Source of the DNA: Candidatus Methylomirabilia bacterium
Lineage (GTDB): Bacteria; Methylomirabilota; Methylomirabilia; Rokubacteriales; CSP1-6
Assembly: GCA_041496385.1 (NCBI GenBank)
Contig: JBGQEL010000052.1
Coordinates: forward strand, 1 to 27,305
Length of the DNA: 27,305 bases
Reading direction: 5' to 3'
A program made the translations under genes and the position numbers. Shown here piece after piece: positions 8,682 through 17,020 of this stretch. Within the stretch, counting starts at the first letter, position 1. The number at the start of each line of letters is the position of its first letter. Below the pieces are notes generated by a model, which was given only the letters and a program-made list of their open reading frames with translations, was not told the DNA's origin and ran no database searches.

Positions 8682-9542
8682 TCAGCGTGCGGCGCGCTTC
8701 GCGCGCTTCGGCGCGGCGCCGGGCGGCGCCGACCGCTCCGGCTTGGCGTGCCAGCGCGCGACCTCCTCGCAGGTCGTGAACCAGACGCCGCGGACGCGCC
8801 GCATGGCGGCGACCAGATCCTCGATCAGCGCGATCCGCGAGGCGCGCCCGCTTACGAACGGGTGGCACGTCAGCACGAAGCAGCCGTTCTCCCCGTGCAT
8901 CGCGGTGAACTCCTTGCTCCACATCTGGAGCACGCGTCCCGGGTCGGCGATCGCGTTGGTCGCGCCGTAGACGTGGCGGAACAGCGGCGCGTCATCCATC
9001 AGCCACTGCACCGGGACCTCGGTGAGCGTCCCCGCCGGGGTCGCGAGATCGTACGGGACGTCGTTGCCCATCAGCGAGCTGTCGTAGAGGAAGCCGTGGC
9101 GCTTGAGGAGGGCGGGCGTCCAGACGTTCACGTCCCACGAGGGCGAGCGGTACCCGGCGGGCCGCACGCCGAGCTGGTCCCGCAGGATCGCGAGCTGCTC
9201 CGCCAGGATCGTCGTCTCCTGCGCCTCGTCCAGCATGCCGACGGCCTCGTGGATGTTGCCGTGCGCGCCGATCTCGTGCCCGGCGTCACGGATGCGCTTG
9301 CACTGTGGCAGGTGGTTGACGGCCGTCCAGCCGGGGATGAAGAAGCTCGCCCGCAGACGGAGACGGTCGAGCAGGCGCAGGATCCGATCGACGCCGACGC
9401 GGGGGCCGAAGCGGCGCTCCTCGAGATCGGCCAGGCTGCGCTTGGCCTTCTCGGGCTCACGGAAGAGAAACCCCGACTCGGCGTCGAAGTCGAAGGAGAG
9501 GACGACGGCGGACGTCTTGCCTTCAGGCCAGCGGTAGCGCAT
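8682..9542 (-). CDS. Polysaccharide deacetylase family protein (CE4, PgdA/PuuE-like)
   Basis: SFDFD, HEIGAHGNIH, GYRSPSW, YDSS, LTCHP motifs. Confidence 0.9.
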   Translation of the reverse strand: MRYRWPEGKTSAVVLSFDFDAESGFLFREPEKAKRSLADLEERRFGPRVGVDRILRLLDRLRLRASFFIPGWTAVNHLPQCKRIRDAGHEIGAHGNIHEAVGMLDEAQETTILAEQLAILRDQLGVRPAGYRSPSWDVNVWTPALLKRHGFLYDSSLMGNDVPYDLATPAGTLTEVPVQWLMDDAPLFRHVYGATNAIADPGRVLQMWSKEFTAMHGENGCFVLTCHPFVSGRASRIALIEDLVAAMRRVRGVWFTTCEEVARWHAKPERSAPPGAAPKRAKRAAR

Positions 9543-9573
9543 CGCCGGGGAGGATTCTACCCCAACTTGTGCG

Positions 9574-9804
9574 TTACCGCCCTCGCAGGCGCGTGTTCGT
9601 CCAGTAGCTCCGCGCCGCCATCGAACGTCCGACTTCCTTGACGCGTTCGCGATCGAGCTCGTCGAGCCGCGCCGAGCCCTGGGCCACGGCCGCGGCGATC
9701 GTGGGGAAGTTGTTGTACGATTCCTCGACCATCGCTCCCGCGTAGTCGCAGATGCGCCACCGCCATTCGGGGCGGATCGACGTCGAAAACGCCGTGACTT
9801 GCAT
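9574..9804 (-). CDS. Small DUF1508/YegP-like protein, copy 1
   Basis: WRWRICDYAGAMVEES...FPTIAAAVAQG; clear paralogue at 11248; AG-rich RBS. Confidence 0.65.
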   Translation of the reverse strand: MQVTAFSTSIRPEWRWRICDYAGAMVEESYNNFPTIAAAVAQGSARLDELDRERVKEVGRSMAARSYWTNTRLRGR

Positions 9805-9851
9805 GCTGGAGCCTCTCTCCTCTACGGGCTTCCGCTCGAGAGGGCGACGCC

Positions 9852-9897
9852 GGCGCCGGTGGCGGTGCCGGTCTGCGCCGTCACCGCCATCGGCGTC
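9852..9897. terminator. GC-rich hairpin just downstream of the RRM gene
   Basis: GGCGCCGGTGGCGGTG pairs with CACCGCCATCGGCGTC (16-bp imperfect stem); no U tract. Confidence 0.4.
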
Positions 9898-9909
9898 GTC
9901 AGGTTAGAT

Positions 9910-10209
9910 CTAGTAGCGGGCGCTGCGCCCGCCGCTCCGGAATCCGCCGCCGCCGCCCGCACCGGCGGACTTGGCGATCTCCACCTTCAGGGTCCGGCCG
10001 TCCATTTCCGAGCCGTTGAACTTCTTGACCGCCGCGTCCGCCTCTTCGGCCGACGCCATCTCGACGAAGCCGAACCCGCGCGAGCGGCCGGTCTCCTGCT
10101 CCATCACGACCGTCGCCGACTCGACTCCGCCCGCCTGCGCGAACACCTCGCGAAGCTTGTCGCTCGACGTGGAAAAGGGCAGGCCTCCGATGAACAGTTT
10201 GTGCGCCAT
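9910..10209 (-). CDS. RRM RNA-binding protein with Gly-rich tail, 99 aa
   Basis: RNP2 LFIGGL, RNP1 RGFGFVEM, GGAGG RBS. Confidence 0.95.
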   Translation of the reverse strand: MAHKLFIGGLPFSTSSDKLREVFAQAGGVESATVVMEQETGRSRGFGFVEMASAEEADAAVKKFNGSEMDGRTLKVEIAKSAGAGGGGGFRSGGRSARY

Positions 10210-10381
10210 GGCGCACCTCCAAATACATCTCCCGCGATGAGGAACCGCGCTCTGGTACAGCGGAAGCGAGCGCCAGAGACGGGGTCTGATGAGGAGGGGG
10301 GTCCACAGCGAACCGACGACCGAACCAGACCCGGTGAGTATGACACAGGCACGCGCGAAGCGCACCGCGCGCTACGAACCA

Positions 10382-10501
10382 TCATCCTCGGCGGCGGCCG
10401 AGCCCGAACACCTTCCGCAGCCCTTCGACCGCGCCAAGGATCGTGGCGATCACGATCACGAACGCGGCAAGGACGCCCACGGCCAGAATGTCGTTCAGCA
10501 T
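10382..10501 (-). CDS. 39-aa single-TM peptide (not in ORF track)
   Basis: MLNDILAVGVLAAFVIVIATILGAVEGLRKVFGLGRRRG; starts 4 nt after the upstream stop. Confidence 0.6.
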   Translation of the reverse strand: MLNDILAVGVLAAFVIVIATILGAVEGLRKVFGLGRRRG

Positions 10502-10505
10502 CACG

Positions 10506-10859
10506 TCAGAGGTTCTTGAACCGCTCGTTGGCCTCGCTGGCCTTCTGCCGGCGGACGTCCCGCTGCTGCTCGCGCTGCACCGTCTGCCGGCCGCGTTCGT
10601 CGTGGAGATCAGCCTGGATCGTGTTGGCGTAGGCGATCCACTTGTCGATGTACTCGATCCACAGGGGAACGTCCGCCTCGACGCTGCGAAACGTGAGCGC
10701 CGCGTGCTCGAACTGCACGCCTCTCGGCACCATGACCGGCGTGCGTTCGTCGGCCGTCCGGAACGACTGCTGCCACTCCATGGATGGAGGCGCGCTCAGC
10801 TGCACGCGCCACATCACGAGGTCGTGGGTCGTCGGCGGGCTGGATCTCGTGATCCCCAT
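10506..10859 (-). CDS. Hypothetical protein with coiled-coil C-terminus, 117 aa
   Basis: Globular composition; 2 nt from the upstream stop; second gene of a 3-gene operon. Confidence 0.7.
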   Translation of the reverse strand: MGITRSSPPTTHDLVMWRVQLSAPPSMEWQQSFRTADERTPVMVPRGVQFEHAALTFRSVEADVPLWIEYIDKWIAYANTIQADLHDERGRQTVQREQQRDVRRQKASEANERFKNL

Positions 10860-10861
10860 GG

Positions 10862-11152
10862 TCAGCGCGTGGTCGCCCGCCGTGTGCCGCCCGGCCCTCG
10901 CGCCGCGTCGGGCTTCCCCGCGCGCCGCGCCGCGCCCCGCTTCTGGCGCACGGCCCTGGCCTGGGCCTCGATGTTCGCGAGGAGAATCGGGTGGTCGTCG
11001 CGCTTCAGCCCTTCCTCGATCAAGGCGCGGAGCACGATCTGGAGGCTCACGGGCAGCCTCAGCAGCGTCGTCGTCTTCCCCGCCAGGACGCGCGCCCGGT
11101 CCAGGATGTCCTGGGAGAGGATCAGGAGGACCTTCGTCCGGTTCTCGACCAT
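10862..11152 (-). CDS. Ribbon-helix-helix-like DNA-binding protein
   Basis: RTKVLLILSQDILDRAR...SLQIVLRALIEEGL beta-helix-helix pattern; GGAGG RBS; basic tail. Confidence 0.6.
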   Translation of the reverse strand: MVENRTKVLLILSQDILDRARVLAGKTTTLLRLPVSLQIVLRALIEEGLKRDDHPILLANIEAQARAVRQKRGAARRAGKPDAARGPGGTRRATTR

Positions 11153-11178
11153 CGCACCTCCTCCGCGCCTCGGGCTGG

Positions 11179-11226
11179 TTTTATATAGTTGATAAGTATT
11201 GATATAACATATATTATGATATATCA
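11179..11226. promoter_or_regulatory. AT-rich divergent promoter/operator
   Basis: TTGATA-17-TATTAT (11189-11217); TTGATA repeated at 10-bp spacing; palindrome TGATATATCA at 11217-11226. Confidence 0.7.
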
Positions 11227-11247
11227 GTCTCACGGTCAAGGAGGATC

Positions 11248-11424
11248 ATGACACTCTCCATCGAGGCGGTCCGAGGGAACGCGACGTGGTGGATCTGGGC
11301 GATTCGTGACGGCGCCGGCGCCCTCGTCGAGGCATCGACGATACAGTTTCGTTCGGCGGCGGCCGCCGAGGCTCAGGGGCGCGCGCGCATGGCGAGATTC
11401 GAGGATCGGAAGAGTGAGCGCTGA
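11248..11424 (+). CDS. Small DUF1508/YegP-like protein, copy 2, 58 aa (not in ORF track)
   Basis: AAGGAGG RBS; MTLSIEAVRGNATWWIWAIRDGAGALVEASTIQFRSAAAAEAQGRARMARFEDRKSER. Confidence 0.75.
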   Translation: MTLSIEAVRGNATWWIWAIRDGAGALVEASTIQFRSAAAAEAQGRARMARFEDRKSER

Positions 11425-11439
11425 GACGCGCGCCGGGCG

Positions 11440-11595
11440 TTAGCGTCCGCGCCGGCGGCGCCGTCGGGCCGCCGTGCGTCCGGGCGTGGCCCGGGTGCCC
11501 TCCCCGGGCTTCTTGCCGTAGCCGCGGCCGCATTCGTTGCAGAACACCTGCGATTCGTCCTTGAGCTCTCGCCGGCACGTGGCGCATCTGTGCAT
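11440..11595 (-). CDS. 51-aa zinc-ribbon protein with Arg-rich tail (not in ORF track)
   Basis: MHRCATCRRELKDESQVFCNECG...RRRRRRGR; GGAG RBS. Confidence 0.7.
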   Translation of the reverse strand: MHRCATCRRELKDESQVFCNECGRGYGKKPGEGTRATPGRTAARRRRRRGR

Positions 11596-11610
11596 CGCTC
11601 GACTCCGTCC

Positions 11611-11646
11611 TTATAGATTTTATATAATTACTATATTACTATGAAT
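11611..11646. promoter_or_regulatory. Second AT-rich divergent promoter
   Basis: TATAAT at 11623-11628; TTACTAT repeated at 11628 and 11636. Confidence 0.6.
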
Positions 11647-11660
11647 ACGAGGTGGACGCG

Positions 11661-11999
11661 ATGGACAAGGGAACGCATGCGGCGGTCTGGTTGAACGACG
11701 AAGGCGCGAGGCTCTTCCTCGGCGCCCCGCAGGCCTCGCGCGCGAGCCGCTGGCTGGCGCGAGGGCTCGTCGCGTCGCCGGAGCCCCCCGTCGGATTTTG
11801 GCTGTCGGTGGACAGCATCCAGGAGCTCAGGGCCGACGGCAGGAAGGTCGACTGGGCGGCGGTCCCTCCGCTGTGCCTGATCCGCTGGGAGTACGTCATC
11901 ACGGTCCAGACGCTGGACGCGAAGATGAGCGACGTCGGGTTCTCGATCAAGGCGCCGGCGGTGGCCGGCGCGCCGGTGGCTCAAGCGTTGATCGCCTGA
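11661..11999 (+). CDS. Hypothetical beta-rich protein
   Basis: GAGGTGG RBS before the ATG at 11661; globular composition. Confidence 0.7.
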   Translation: MDKGTHAAVWLNDEGARLFLGAPQASRASRWLARGLVASPEPPVGFWLSVDSIQELRADGRKVDWAAVPPLCLIRWEYVITVQTLDAKMSDVGFSIKAPAVAGAPVAQALIA

Positions 12000-12073
12000 C
12001 CGCCGCCTCGGGTCCACACCTCCCCCCTCCCGAAAGCCCCAAATGGATGCGCGCTCGGACTACAATTCGCGCG

Positions 12074-12904
12074 ATGCGCTACCGAGGCATGGAGGGTGCG
12101 GCGCTCGACGCCGCCTACAACAACACCGCCGCCGTCGGCATGGCCAGGCGTGAGCATTACGTCGCCGGTTGGTCGGCGCGCAGCGACGCGCTGCGGACGG
12201 CGCGGGGCGGCGCGATCGACCTCCGGTACGGCGACGGGCCCCGCCAGCGCCTGGACGTCTTTTCGTGCGGGGCGGCCGGGGCGCCGACGCTCGTCTACAT
12301 CCACGGCGGCTACTGGCAGACGAACGACAAGGAGCCCTACGCGTTCCTCGGCGAGGGGTTGCTGCCCGCGGGGTTCAATCTCGCGCTGGTCGAGTACACG
12401 CTGGCGCCGGCCGCACGGCTCGACCAGATCGTGGCGGAGGTGCGGGCCGCGGTGGCGTGGATCATCGACCACGCCGAGGAGCGGGGCGGCGATCCGCGCC
12501 GGGTGTTCGTGGCGGGCCACTCTGCGGGCGGCCATCTGACCGCCGTCGCGATGAACGACGCGCGCGTGGCCGGCGGCGTCGCGATCAGCGGAATCTACGA
12601 TCTGGAGCCGATCCGCCTCAACTACCTGAACGAGAAGCTGCGGCTCGACCCCGCCGAAGCGGCCCGCAACAGCCCGATCCTGCACCTGCCCTCGCGCGCG
12701 GCGCCGCTCGTGGTCACCGTCGGGCTCGGCGAGCTCCCGGAGCTGATCCGCCAGTCCGAGGACTACTGGGCCGCCTGGCAGCGGCGGGGCCACGCGGGCC
12801 GCTGGATACCGCTCGAGGGCCACGACCACTTCTCGATCCTGGAGGAGCTGGCACGCCCGGCCGGCAAGCTCCTCGCCGCGCTGAAGAGCCTGGCCGGGCC
12901 CTGA
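12074..12904 (+). CDS. Alpha/beta hydrolase (arylformamidase/HSL-like)
   Basis: HGGYW oxyanion motif, GHSAG nucleophile elbow, SGIYDL, HDHF. Confidence 0.9.
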   Translation: MRYRGMEGAALDAAYNNTAAVGMARREHYVAGWSARSDALRTARGGAIDLRYGDGPRQRLDVFSCGAAGAPTLVYIHGGYWQTNDKEPYAFLGEGLLPAGFNLALVEYTLAPAARLDQIVAEVRAAVAWIIDHAEERGGDPRRVFVAGHSAGGHLTAVAMNDARVAGGVAISGIYDLEPIRLNYLNEKLRLDPAEAARNSPILHLPSRAAPLVVTVGLGELPELIRQSEDYWAAWQRRGHAGRWIPLEGHDHFSILEELARPAGKLLAALKSLAGP

Positions 12905-12914
12905 GCGCGCCGCC

Positions 12915-13976
12915 TCAGCGGACCTTGCCGCGGGCAGTGACCGGCCACGTCACCTCGACGCGGCCCTTCCGGACGCCGTGGACCTCGTCGACCATGTTCG
13001 AGACCACGCAGCAGTGGTTCGGGACCACGTGCACCACGTCGCCGATGCGCGGGCGATCGCCGCAGGCCGAGAGATCGACGATCGCGTGCTCCTCGGAGAG
13101 ACTGGGCACCACGGCCTCGGGGTACTCGAGCAGGTGGCCGTAGCCCTTCATGCCGTACAGGTCGGAGGTGAGGACCTTCGTGCCCGCGTCGAGAACAGCG
13201 CGGCCGTCGTGCGGACGGCTGACCACGGTGGCGCGCACGCGCATGGCGCAGTCGTCCCAGGTGGCGGTGCCGCCGGTGACCACCATCACGTCGTTGTAGA
13301 CGCACGTGCCCGCGCGGTGCTCGGTGAGCATCGGGTAAGTCTGCGCCGTGAAGATGCCGGGCGTGCCGCCGCCGGACACGATGCGCACGGGGATGCCGGC
13401 GCGCTTGAACAGCTCCAGCGCGCGCTCGAAGAACACGCGCGTGCCGGGCTCACGGTTGGGAAAGGTCATCAGGCCCTGGAAGTCCATCCGGGGCAGCCGC
13501 ATCGCCGCCCGCGCCAGGTCGAAGGCCTCCTCGGGCGTCTGGACCCCGTTGCGGCCGAAGCCGGTGTCGCACTCGACGAGGAACGGCACGTCCACGCCGT
13601 GCGCCGCACCCGCCTCGGACAGGCCGCGGGCGACCACCTCGTTGTCGAGCACGACCGCGAGCCGCCGCAGCCGCCGCGCCAGGGCCATCAGGCGCTCGGT
13701 CTTCTCGCGCCCGAGGATGTTGAACGTGAGCAGCACGTCCTCGGCGACGCCGGCGTCGGCGAAGACCTCGACCTCGCCGAGCTTCTGGCACGTGATCCCG
13801 ACGGCGCCCGCCGCCATCTGCATCCGGCCGATCGCGGGAATCTTGTGCGTCTTGATGTGCGGGCGGTTGGCGATGCCGTGGCGATCGAGGTGCGCCTGCA
13901 CCCGCTGGATGTTCCGCTCCATGATGTCGAGGTCGACGGTCACCGCCGGCGTGTCGAGATCGCTCGCGAGCGTCAT
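12915..13976 (-). CDS. Fold-type III PLP enzyme (DSD1/D-threonine aldolase family)
   Basis: RPHIKTHK PLP lysine, GRNGV, GGGTP, DAGTK, LSEEH, PNHCC. Confidence 0.92.
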   Translation of the reverse strand: MTLASDLDTPAVTVDLDIMERNIQRVQAHLDRHGIANRPHIKTHKIPAIGRMQMAAGAVGITCQKLGEVEVFADAGVAEDVLLTFNILGREKTERLMALARRLRRLAVVLDNEVVARGLSEAGAAHGVDVPFLVECDTGFGRNGVQTPEEAFDLARAAMRLPRMDFQGLMTFPNREPGTRVFFERALELFKRAGIPVRIVSGGGTPGIFTAQTYPMLTEHRAGTCVYNDVMVVTGGTATWDDCAMRVRATVVSRPHDGRAVLDAGTKVLTSDLYGMKGYGHLLEYPEAVVPSLSEEHAIVDLSACGDRPRIGDVVHVVPNHCCVVSNMVDEVHGVRKGRVEVTWPVTARGKVR

Positions 13977-14092
13977 GCCAACCCTCCCTGGCGTGGTGCC
14001 CGCGAGTATCGGCCCGCGGCGGCGGCCCGTCAAATCCGCCGAGCCCCCGCGCCCCTTGACCGCCCGACTGGGGCGGCGCAGGATCGCTCGTC

Positions 14093-15760
14093 GTGAGTCG
14101 CAGCCCAGCCTCGCGCCCCGGTTTCCGCGACCGCCTCCGCCGGCTCGCCCGCGCCCTCGTCCCGCCGCCCGGGCGGCCGCGCCGCTTCGTGCTCGAAGGG
14201 CTCGAGTCGCGCTTCCTGATGAGCTTCGACCCGACCGGGATGGAGCAGGAGATGCTCGAGCTGCTGAACCGCATGCGGCTGGCGCCGGCCGCGGAGATCG
14301 GGCTCCTGACGGACAACGTCGCGGCGACGCCGGCGCATTCCGCGAACGCGGACGTCAACAGCGCGCTGTCCTTCTTCCACGTGAGCGGGCCCACTCTCGC
14401 CGCGCAGTGGAGCCTGCTCGTCCCCGCCGCGCCGCTGGCATGGAGCCCGGCGCTCTACGACTCGGCCACCGCCCACAACCAGCAGATGATCGCGCACGAC
14501 GACCAGCAGCATCAGCTACCCGGCGAGCAGAGCCTCGGCGTGCGGGTGCAGACGGCCGGCTACACGGGATTCTCGTCGGTCGGCGAGAACATCTTCGCCT
14601 TCGCGCAGTCGCCGTTCGCCGCGCACGCCGCGTTCGCCATCGACTGGGGCATGACGCCCACGGGCATCCAGACCCCGCCCGGTCACCGGGACAACATGAT
14701 GAGCGCGACGTTCCGGGAGGTCGGCCTCGCCCTCACCCCCGAGAGCAACGCGAGCACCACCGTGGGCCCGCTCGTGATCACGGAGGACTACGGCGCTCGC
14801 TTCGCGCAGGGCAACCCGTTCGTGCTGGGCGTCGTGTACAAGGACCTCGACGGCGACGGCGCCTACGACGCGGGCGAAGGGCTCGCCGGCGTCAGCGTGC
14901 ACGTCGACGGCGTCTCGGACTTCGATACGACCACCATGACGGCCGGCGGCTGGCAGCTCCAGGCGCCCGCCGGCACCTACAGCGTGACCTTCAGCGGCGG
15001 CACGCTCGCGACGCCGTCGACGGTGTCGAACGTGACGGTGGCCGGCGCCAACACCAAGGTCGACCTCCGGGCGTCGCGCTTCACGGACGAGCCGCTCGTG
15101 GTCGCGAGCACGCCGGTCTCCGCCGTCCACATCCAGGAGCTGCGCGACACGATCAACACGCTGCGCACCGGAAGTGGACTCACGGCCTTCACGTTCACCG
15201 ACCCGGTCCTCACGCCGGGCGTCACACCGGTGCGCGCCGTCCACATCGAGGAGCTCCGCCAGGCCGTGAACGAGGTCTTCACGCACGCCGCCGCTACGGT
15301 CCCGACGTACACCGACCCGGTGATCGTGCCCGGCGAGACCGTGGTGAAGGCGGCGCACATCGAAGAGCTACGGACCGCGGCGCGCGGCCCGCAGGGCACG
15401 CCGTCGGCCGTGACGCTCGCGGCCGAAATCCTAGAGTCGCTGGCCTCGCCGGTCACCGCGGCGCCGCCGGAGGCGCACGTCGACGAGCCGTCCGCTGCGG
15501 CGCCGGTCGTCACCGAGGCCCCGGCCGCGACTCACGCCCCCACCACACGCGACGACCCCGGGAGCGATCGTGACGACGCGACGGCGGACGGCGGCGAGAC
15601 GCTGCTGGCACGGATGCGCCGCCAGGTCGCCGCGGAGGACGCCGCGCGCGCCCGCGCGGCGAAGGACCTGGTACTCGTCCTCGACCAGGCGGCGGCCTGG
15701 GCGGACGCGACCGCGCTCCCGAGCGTCCCCGTCCTCGAGAGCCCCGTCACCCCGGCCTGA
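14093..15760 (+). CDS. LEPR-XLL-type extracellular protein with CAP domain, SdrD-B-like domain and three repeats
   Basis: LEGLESRFLMS; CAP motifs LLNRMR, VGENI, GHRDNMM, FREVG; DLDGDGAYDAGEGLAGV; three (F/Y)TD..HIxELR repeats. Confidence 0.8.
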   Translation: MSRSPASRPGFRDRLRRLARALVPPPGRPRRFVLEGLESRFLMSFDPTGMEQEMLELLNRMRLAPAAEIGLLTDNVAATPAHSANADVNSALSFFHVSGPTLAAQWSLLVPAAPLAWSPALYDSATAHNQQMIAHDDQQHQLPGEQSLGVRVQTAGYTGFSSVGENIFAFAQSPFAAHAAFAIDWGMTPTGIQTPPGHRDNMMSATFREVGLALTPESNASTTVGPLVITEDYGARFAQGNPFVLGVVYKDLDGDGAYDAGEGLAGVSVHVDGVSDFDTTTMTAGGWQLQAPAGTYSVTFSGGTLATPSTVSNVTVAGANTKVDLRASRFTDEPLVVASTPVSAVHIQELRDTINTLRTGSGLTAFTFTDPVLTPGVTPVRAVHIEELRQAVNEVFTHAAATVPTYTDPVIVPGETVVKAAHIEELRTAARGPQGTPSAVTLAAEILESLASPVTAAPPEAHVDEPSAAAPVVTEAPAATHAPTTRDDPGSDRDDATADGGETLLARMRRQVAAEDAARARAAKDLVLVLDQAAAWADATALPSVPVLESPVTPA

Positions 15761-15826
15761 CGCGGTCGCCGGCGGGCGATCGCGCCGCCACCGTGGCCTC
15801 GCCGAGGTGCAGCTCGACGACCGTGG

Positions 15827-17020
15827 TCAGATCACCGCATCGCGACGGAGGCGCTCGACCTCCTCCGTCCCGTAGCCGGCTTCCTTCAAGATCTCGTCGG
15901 TGTGCTCGCCGAGCGTCGGCGGCTCCCGGTCGAGCCCCGGGCTGCCATGCGCGAGGCGGAACCCGGCGCCGACGAGGCGCATCGGCCCGTAGCGCGAGTC
16001 GATCGTCTGGAGCACGTCGCGGTGCTCGAGCTGCGGGTGGCGGACGATCTCGTCGATCGTCCAGATGGCGCCGCACGGCACGTCGGCGGCCGTGAGCCGC
16101 GCCTCCCAGCTCCTCGGGGTGTCCGCCGCCAGCGCGGCCTCGATGATCTCGCGCAGCGCCGGCTCGTTCGCAGTGCGCGCGGGCCAGTCCTTGAACCTCG
16201 GGTCGGCGAGCGCGTCGGGCCGCCCGAGTGCCTGCATGAGCGCCGCGAACTGCTTCTCGGTGAGCACCGCGAGCACGAGATAGCCGTCGCGCGCCCGGAA
16301 CCGGCTCGCCGTCGGCTTGCGGCTCACCGAGCCGTTGCCGATCTGCCGCTGCTCGACGCCGGCGACGGTGTACTCGGAGACCGGGCCGGCGATGAAGGCG
16401 AGCGCGGCGTCGAGCATCGCGACGTCCACGAGCTGGCCGCGCCCGGTGTGCGTGCGCTGGTAGAGCGCGCTCGCGACGGCCAGCGCCGCCGTCACGCCGC
16501 CGATCGTGTCGCAGAGCGCGAACCCCGCGCGCGTCGGCCCGCGAGAGGGCTCGCCCGTGATCGACATGATCCCCGACATCGCCTGCAGCTTGCCGTCGAA
16601 GGCCGCGGTCGTCCGTTCCGGGCCGGTCAGGCCGAAGCCCGAAACCCCGCAATAGATGAGCCGCGGATTGACGGCGGAGAGCGCCTCGTAGCCGAGCCCG
16701 AGCCGGTCCATGACGCCGGGGCGGAAATTCTCCCACACCACGTCGGCGCCGACGACGAGCCGCTTGACGATCTCCACCGCCTCCGGGCGCCGGAGGTCGA
16801 GCGTGAGGCTGCGCTTGTTGCCGTTCATCGACAGGAAGGACGGCGCCATCCTCCGCTCCGCCCACGTCCGGTCGGCGGGCGAGGCGCGCGTCTCGTCGCC
16901 CTCGCGCGACTCGATCTTCACCACGTCGGCACCGAGCAGCGCCAGCTGATAGGTCCCGTAGGGTCCTGCCAGGTAGCGGGTGAAGTCGAGGATGCGGACG
17001 CCCGCGAACGGCTTGCTCAT
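15827..17020 (-). CDS. CaiB/BaiF family III CoA-transferase
   Basis: GVRILDFTRYLAGP, LGADVVKIE, NGNKRS, ENFRPG, PPTLGEHT. ATGA overlap with the selenoprotein stop. Confidence 0.95.
   Translation of the reverse strand: MSKPFAGVRILDFTRYLAGPYGTYQLALLGADVVKIESREGDETRASPADRTWAERRMAPSFLSMNGNKRSLTLDLRRPEAVEIVKRLVVGADVVWENFRPGVMDRLGLGYEALSAVNPRLIYCGVSGFGLTGPERTTAAFDGKLQAMSGIMSITGEPSRGPTRAGFALCDTIGGVTAALAVASALYQRTHTGRGQLVDVAMLDAALAFIAGPVSEYTVAGVEQRQIGNGSVSRKPTASRFRARDGYLVLAVLTEKQFAALMQALGRPDALADPRFKDWPARTANEPALREIIEAALAADTPRSWEARLTAADVPCGAIWTIDEIVRHPQLEHRDVLQTIDSRYGPMRLVGAGFRLAHGSPGLDREPPTLGEHTDEILKEAGYGTEEVERLRRDAVI

Noticed and set aside
11179..11646. AT-rich islands as a replication origin or att site
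   Set aside because: No DnaA boxes, iterons, rep or integrase seen; they fit divergent promoters.
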